Virus record (IMG/VR): IMGVR_UViG_3300033802_000250 | DNA length: 64,000 bases | Origin: a virus | Taxonomy: Duplodnaviria > Caudoviricetes | Direction: 5' to 3' (one strand) | Shown here: piece by piece, positions 59,155-64,000 of the stretch | Layout: each line of letters opens with the position of its first letter | How positions within the stretch are numbered: position 1 is the stretch's first letter | The notes under the pieces: generated by a model | Database searches by the model: none | What the model was told of the DNA's origin: nothing | The model's input: only the letters and a program-made list of their open reading frames with translations | Made by a program: the position numbers and the translations under genes

Positions 59155-59595
59155 TTACGACTCCGCTTGTGCTTGAGCCGCGTCTTGACTGGCGGCTTCC
59201 GCTTGGTCTTGCAGAACTTTCAGAACAGCCGCGTCGCGCCTGCGGGAATAAATTTCCGCAACCAACGACATCAAATGCGCAATGGCGACGAGATCGGTTG
59301 AGCCGCGCGTCTTGTACTCGACCCGAACAGCGTCGATCTTCGCCAGCAGGTTGTCCGTCAGCAACCGCATTTCATCGTGGATCGCCTTGCGGTCTTCCTG
59401 CGATTTCGGCAACGTTGACATTGCCATCTCAAACGCCGTTTGGCCGAGTGCGGCCATCATGACGAAGAAGTCAACCTTGCCATCCTTGCCATTGTTCTTC
59501 GCATATTCGGTCAACGATGCCTTGATGTGGTCACTCAGCGACAACACGGCTTGCTCGGTGAAAGGCGTTTCGTAGGCGACAGCCTTGTCCGACAT
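59155..59595 (-). CDS. Hypothetical protein
   Basis: 146-aa ORF. Confidence 0.75.
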   Translation of the reverse strand: MSDKAVAYETPFTEQAVLSLSDHIKASLTEYAKNNGKDGKVDFFVMMAALGQTAFEMAMSTLPKSQEDRKAIHDEMRLLTDNLLAKIDAVRVEYKTRGSTDLVAIAHLMSLVAEIYSRRRDAAVLKVLQDQAEAASQDAAQAQAES

Positions 59596-59650
59596 CGTGT
59601 TACACTCCCCGTTGTCAATACTAGAGAGGACGATGAGTCCTGTCCTCTCT

Positions 59651-59680
59651 AGTATATTGTGACAATGTCGCCATTGTCAA
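59651..59680 (-). promoter_or_regulatory. sigmaA promoter with overlapping inverted repeat
   Basis: TTGACA-N18-TATACT; TGACAATG-N4-CATTGTCA. Confidence 0.7.
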
Positions 59681-59707
59681 CGACAACGAGTCAAAATGTA
59701 ACAGCGA

Positions 59708-60376
59708 TCAGTCTTCAACGAAGAAGTTGTCGTCTTTGTCACGGCGGCGATTGCTCGTCCTGCCGTTGGCCTTTCCGGCTTTGCCGGACTTCGACGGAAC
59801 CGAACGGCGGTCGCTACGCGCTCCGCTTGCGCGGCTGGAGCCGCCAGACTTGCCAGAGGACTTGTTGCCACGGCGCGGTGCGACTTCTTCTTCGTCGTCG
59901 TCGTCCTCTGCAACTTCGACGTCTTCGTCGATATCGAAGTCGTCATCCACTTCTACGCCGTTGTTCTTTCCGCCTTCGCCATGCGACAGCGGCGGGAAGT
60001 TTGCTTGGTCGATGACCAGCTCGAACGTCGTGTACGGCACGTTCGGAATGTCCCTCTTGCCGCTGGAGGTCTTCACCGTGATTGTCTTGCGCTTCTCGGT
60101 GGGCTTCAGCCAGCCGGACAGTTCGATTGCCTTGCCGCCGTGACCGTCGGATTCGTCTTCCGGCGCGAGATAGTTCCGCTCCAGCCAGCCGACCAGACCG
60201 TTTTCATCGGTGTTCGGATTGTCCCGGAAGCAGACCACGTCGATCCAGTCGTACTTGCCGTTCGGGAGCCGGAAATTCAGGCGACCACGGAAACAGGTAC
60301 GTTCTTGTTCGTCGTCGTCCTCATAGCCATAGACAGCACCATTGTACAGACGACCGCTCAACACCACGAGATTCAT
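59708..60376 (-). CDS. SSB-like protein
   Basis: MNLVVLSGRL...DWIDVVCF...IELSGWL; acidic and Gly/Ser/Arg-rich tail. Confidence 0.7.
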   Translation of the reverse strand: MNLVVLSGRLYNGAVYGYEDDDEQERTCFRGRLNFRLPNGKYDWIDVVCFRDNPNTDENGLVGWLERNYLAPEDESDGHGGKAIELSGWLKPTEKRKTITVKTSSGKRDIPNVPYTTFELVIDQANFPPLSHGEGGKNNGVEVDDDFDIDEDVEVAEDDDDEEEVAPRRGNKSSGKSGGSSRASGARSDRRSVPSKSGKAGKANGRTSNRRRDKDDNFFVED

Positions 60377-60437
60377 TTGCACATTCCTCCTTGAAATATT
60401 GGAATTGGTATTGCTGATGATGGAATCATCAAGCCTT

Positions 60438-60451
60438 CCCGCGACAGCGGG
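60438..60451. repeat. GACA-loop hairpin motif copy
   Basis: CCCGC-GACA-GCGGG. Confidence 0.75.
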
Positions 60452-60455
60452 GCCG

Positions 60456-60809
60456 TTATACAAACTCGATGGTGGAGTAGAGATAACGGTAGGTTTGATA
60501 CTTCAGGTTGTTGTAGATCAGCACCAGTTGGTTGCGCTCGATGTTGTTCAGCATAACAGAAGCCGGAATCAAAAGCTCCAGTTCCTCAAGAAGCGCGAAT
60601 GCGTCGATGTGGTTGAAGGTCTGCGGGCCTTGCGTGAACAGGCGATGGACGTACGGGATGATGGTGTCCGCAAGTCCGGGGTTCGAGTTGAGGATCTTCA
60701 TACCGAGAACCTCGAACTCGTTTTTGCTCATGCAGAAGCCGCTGAGTCCTTCTCCCCGTCCAAAGTAAACGGAATGGTAGCCGTTTTGAATCGGTGTAGA
60801 AACAGGCAT
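60456..60809 (-). CDS. Hypothetical protein
   Basis: 117-aa ORF. Confidence 0.65.
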   Translation of the reverse strand: MPVSTPIQNGYHSVYFGRGEGLSGFCMSKNEFEVLGMKILNSNPGLADTIIPYVHRLFTQGPQTFNHIDAFALLEELELLIPASVMLNNIERNQLVLIYNNLKYQTYRYLYSTIEFV

Positions 60810-61135
60810 GGGTACTCACCTCGCTCTTGCCAAATACGCAGTTTGGTGAACTTCTGGTAGTAGTTTTCCAAGTCACCGTACATAGCCTCGTACTGCAAAC
60901 GCAGGTTCATGTAATCGGTGACATAGCCATCCAGTTGATTGAACAGCATTTGAGAGTAGTTCACACCGTCGTCATCCGTATGACGCAATGCATCCTCATA
61001 CTTCTCCATCGCTGTTCTGATGCGTGCAATCGCGCGGGCCATGTCTTCCAACAATTTCGCGCGGTATGGATCGACAACGACCGGCGGTTTCTTGAATATG
61101 CGTGCCTTGATTGCTTGAACCCATTGCTGAAACAT
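60728..61135 (-). CDS. Hypothetical protein
   Basis: 135-aa ORF with AAGGAGG RBS. Confidence 0.7.
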   Translation of the reverse strand: MFQQWVQAIKARIFKKPPVVVDPYRAKLLEDMARAIARIRTAMEKYEDALRHTDDDGVNYSQMLFNQLDGYVTDYMNLRLQYEAMYGDLENYYQKFTKLRIWQERGEYPCLFLHRFKTATIPFTLDGEKDSAASA

Positions 61136-61166
61136 AATTACAGCCTCCTTGTGCGAAATACGAAAT

Positions 61167-61196
61167 CAGGGCGGCCCGGGACACCGGGCCGCCCTG
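61167..61196. repeat. GACA-loop hairpin motif copy
   Basis: CAGGGCGGCCCGG-GACA-CCGGGCCGCCCTG, 13-bp stem. Confidence 0.88.
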
Positions 61197-61202
61197 TCCG
61201 TG

Positions 61203-61697
61203 TCACGTACGACGTGCACGACCGAGCGTCGCAAGGTCGATGACCGATTCGGCGATGTACGCCGTCGCATCGACAATAGCGTGCAGAGCGCGGCCCGCCG
61301 TGCCGAACGTCGCGTCAAGAATGCGATCCAGACCGGTCTGTTCATCATGGTTTTGCTTGAGCTTGCGGCTCTGAGCTTTCGCCATAACCGGGGCCGGAGC
61401 GTCACTGAGGTTGTGAACCATTTTTTCGAGGTTTTTGATGCGATGATCGTGATCGTCGAGCCGCTTGTTGACGGACTTCATCACTTTATCGACGTACGCC
61501 TTTTGCTCGGCGGTCGCATCCGCAACACATTGCCGGATGAAGGCGCTTTGGTCGAACCGTTCACCGGACTCGCCGTCTTCGTTCTCATCGTCATCATATT
61601 CGTCGCCATCGACAACTTCGATGTCTTCGTCCTCGTCGATATCGAAGTCTTCGTCATTGACGTTGACGACATCTTCTTCCTCACGTTTCTTCGGCAT
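61203..61697 (-). CDS. Hypothetical protein with acidic N-terminus
   Basis: 164 aa with AAAGGAGG RBS. Confidence 0.75.
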   Translation of the reverse strand: MPKKREEEDVVNVNDEDFDIDEDEDIEVVDGDEYDDDENEDGESGERFDQSAFIRQCVADATAEQKAYVDKVMKSVNKRLDDHDHRIKNLEKMVHNLSDAPAPVMAKAQSRKLKQNHDEQTGLDRILDATFGTAGRALHAIVDATAYIAESVIDLATLGRARRT

Positions 61698-61986
61698 GGT
61701 CTCTCACCTCCTTTCGTGACAAATTTGTGAACATTCTGTGACAAGGGTTACAAATACGGAAAAATGCCGATTCTGTTATATATTTATGGAGGGGTCGTTC
61801 GAGGACTCAAACCCACAGGAGAAAACAAAACCACCACAGCCGGTCTGGTGGTACACGGTACGTTGCACCAGCGGTACGACTCCTCGCTGAAAAGCATAAT
61901 TGCGTAAGACAAAGCGTACTGGAACATAACCAGCGTACCAATTCGACTCGGGGGTCTATTCAAGGGGGCGGGAATGCCTCAATTCT

Positions 61987-62002
61987 TGCCGCGACAGCGG
62001 CA
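61987..62002. repeat. GACA-loop hairpin motif copy
   Basis: TGCCGC-GACA-GCGGCA. Confidence 0.8.
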
Positions 62003-62169
62003 GACAGGCACAAACAAATGGTGTGGGCAATGTTCAAATGCAACGTTCACACCTGTTTGGCAGGATGAATGTCATCGGTGAGATTCACCCTGCCAAACAG
62101 GCACCGATCAGACCATACAATGCATGATCGGTGCAGGATTTCCGATTGCGGTTGACAGTCAATGATGGC

Positions 62170-63093
62170 TTACGCAGATCGTGCGGCTTTGACGGCGAGC
62201 GCGTCGCACCGGTTGTTCAACTCGTCATTGGCGTGGCCTTGCACATGCTTGACCTTGACCTTGTGGCCGCCGTTCTTGATGAGTTCGACAAGCTCTTTCC
62301 ACATGTCTTTGTTGGCGACCGGTTTGTTGTCGGAGGTCTTCCAGCCATTCTTCATCCAACGCTTCAGGCGGCCTTCGCTGAACGCCAGCGCAACGTATTC
62401 GCTGTCCGTGTGGATATGAACTTCGCACGGAACCTTCAGCACCTTGAACACCTCGATGACGGCACGCAACTCCATTTGGTTGTTGGTGACACCTTTGGTC
62501 TTCACACCGCCGAACTTCACGCGCTCCTCATCTTTGTACCGCGCAATGAATGCCCATCCGCCGCGTGCGTTGCTTCTGCCGTTGCCTTGGCACGCGCCGT
62601 CCGTCCATGCCTTTACCACAGGCAATCCGCTTTCCGGCTTCTTTGCCATAAACATGTCCCATCCTTTCATAGCGTCGAGCAGATATTCGCAATCGTCGAT
62701 GAGCGATTGCCGCCCGCGCGTTACGTATTGTTTGATGATGTCGGCTTGGCAGTTCTGCGTGCGCCGACCACGAAACTTGTCCGTGAACTCCTCAAATTGC
62801 GAAGCAAACTTCACCAGTTCGGGATGATCGTCAAGATACTTGAGCCAGAGGAGTTTATACCACTGGCTCAGGAAGTGTGCGGAATACCGCTGACCGTTGA
62901 TGATGAGGTGTGTCGGTGCTTTGCCTTTGGCTTCTCTCACGGACATCGGTTTGATCTTTCCGAAACGCTTGGAAAGCTGATACCATTCTTCGATGGTTTT
63001 CGTCTTGCCAAAGAGGCGCACACGCGCATAATATGCAGAGAAGCGGGTGTCGCCTGCCGAACTGCATTCAAGGGTCTTCTTATGCTTCATCAT
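62170..63093 (-). CDS. rnhA: Ribonuclease HI fused in frame to an N-terminal NADAR-like phage domain
   Basis: TDGAC.GN, TNNQMEL, TDSEY, W..NGWKT, VANKDMW and N.RCDALA motifs; N-terminal CSSAGDTRFSA..IEEWYQ..K. Confidence 0.85.
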   Translation of the reverse strand: MMKHKKTLECSSAGDTRFSAYYARVRLFGKTKTIEEWYQLSKRFGKIKPMSVREAKGKAPTHLIINGQRYSAHFLSQWYKLLWLKYLDDHPELVKFASQFEEFTDKFRGRRTQNCQADIIKQYVTRGRQSLIDDCEYLLDAMKGWDMFMAKKPESGLPVVKAWTDGACQGNGRSNARGGWAFIARYKDEERVKFGGVKTKGVTNNQMELRAVIEVFKVLKVPCEVHIHTDSEYVALAFSEGRLKRWMKNGWKTSDNKPVANKDMWKELVELIKNGGHKVKVKHVQGHANDELNNRCDALAVKAARSA

Positions 63094-63469
63094 TGTCAGC
63101 CGCTTCCAAAACGGAGAAGAAGATAACTTCATGTTTCGGGAACGGTTCATCAACGCCTTCGAGGTAGATGTGATGGCGCGTCACCTTGTCCACGACACCT
63201 CTGCCGGAACGATCCATGCATTGGAGGGCTACAATCATGCCGGGCATGATTGCATCGTCGATGGTTTGCGGATTCCGCGTGACTTGTTCGGGCGGCAGTT
63301 CCATCATGCGGCGGAGATCCAGTATGATGTGCGGCAGTTGCCGGGCGATTTGCAGGGAATCCTTCAGGTCGAGATTCTCGACTTCAACTTCAAGCGAATC
63401 CAGCTTGAACTCTGCGGGCAACTCCGGTGCATTGATGGTCAGTCCGTTGATTTTCACCTTGTAATTCAT
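63080..63469 (-). CDS. Hypothetical protein
   Basis: 129 aa with AAGGAGG RBS. Confidence 0.7.
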   Translation of the reverse strand: MNYKVKINGLTINAPELPAEFKLDSLEVEVENLDLKDSLQIARQLPHIILDLRRMMELPPEQVTRNPQTIDDAIMPGMIVALQCMDRSGRGVVDKVTRHHIYLEGVDEPFPKHEVIFFSVLEAADNDEA

Positions 63470-63579
63470 GGCGATATGCCTCCTTGTGAAATTTGGATTA
63501 GAGCCGCATCTTGTTCGCTGGCCCTGCTCGTATGAACAAAAAAAGAGAAGGAGATCGGCCCCGGATCGGAGTCGATCAT

Positions 63580-63780
63580 TTAGCGAAGCCCGAGTTCTTG
63601 CTTCGCGGCTTCGATAAACTCACGCTTCACAACTTTGGACGCCTGCCGCCACGACACCATTTCCTGTTGGCGGGATCGGGCACGGTCGTACAAGATGTGA
63701 GCCATATGCACGATATCGTGGTCACGAATATGGTGGGAAACCATCGTTTCGTAATCCAGTTCATGCAATGCAATAGCCAT
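63580..63780 (-). CDS. Hypothetical protein
   Basis: 66 aa with AAAGGAGG RBS. Confidence 0.7.
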   Translation of the reverse strand: MAIALHELDYETMVSHHIRDHDIVHMAHILYDRARSRQQEMVSWRQASKVVKREFIEAAKQELGLR

Positions 63781-63812
63781 CGGAATATCCTCCTTTCGTA
63801 TCTCATCACATC

Positions 63813-63830
63813 CGCCCGGGACACCGGGCG
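63813..63830. repeat. GACA-loop hairpin motif copy
   Basis: CGCCCGG-GACA-CCGGGCG. Confidence 0.85.
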
Positions 63831-63891
63831 TTTTGTGTTGTAGTGACGTGAAAAGACATGAGGGGCCGCCTTCGGCGGCCCCCAATTGCGA

Positions 63892-64000
63892 TTACTGAGC
63901 GGCGCGTACACGCTCAACGTGGATGCGGCAAAGCTCATAGTGTGCTACTTGCAGAATGAACGCCTGCATTTCTGCCGGAACATTCGCGCCATTGACAAGC
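63892..64000 (-). CDS. 3' end of a CDS starting beyond the window
   Basis: ...LVNGANVPAEMQAFILQVAHYELCRIHVERVRAAQ* followed by a GC-rich hairpin. Confidence 0.55.
   Translation of the reverse strand, partial: LVNGANVPAEMQAFILQVAHYELCRIHVERVRAAQ

Overview
A 64-kb gene-dense segment of a large, probably lytic, dsDNA phage. The host is inferred to be a Bacillota (Bacillales-like) bacterium from GGAGG ribosome-binding sites, sigmaA-type and sporulation-sigma-type promoters, and roughly 50-55% GC by eye. Essentially all real genes lie on the minus strand; the long + strand ORFs are antisense shadows. It holds the replication, recombination and nucleotide module: DnaG, an SbcD-SbcC(N) fusion with a separate SbcC(C), PcrA, RecA, two SSB-like proteins, HU, DnaE, DnaN, a SNF2 helicase, RecJ, RNase H, dUTPase, three UDG-family paralogues and a DNA methyltransferase. 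Auxiliary genes include GroES, a kinase, a phosphatase, WYL proteins, a MoxR AAA+/vWA pair, PspA, WGR, GGDEF, ACP and a 3D-domain protein. Two ORF-less group I introns interrupt dnaE and the SNF2 helicase, and both splice junctions restore catalytic motifs. The most unusual signals are non-coding. (1) An RNA locus at 36.9-38.95 kb carries an intact 76-nt amber-suppressor tRNA (anticodon CUA), the 3' half of a second CUA tRNA, five tRNA-like RNAs with rebuilt anticodon arms, and an embedded gene with an in-frame UAG at codon 9. (2) Twelve intergenic hairpins, all in one orientation, share the core CG-N-GACA-N'-CG with a perfectly covarying closing pair. (3) Ten copies of a four-part sigmaF/sigmaG-like promoter motif. 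(4) Several structured intergenic RNA candidates between 49.9 and 62.2 kb, including a promoter-aligned tRNA minihelix. All calls come from manual reading; no database searches or folding programs were run.
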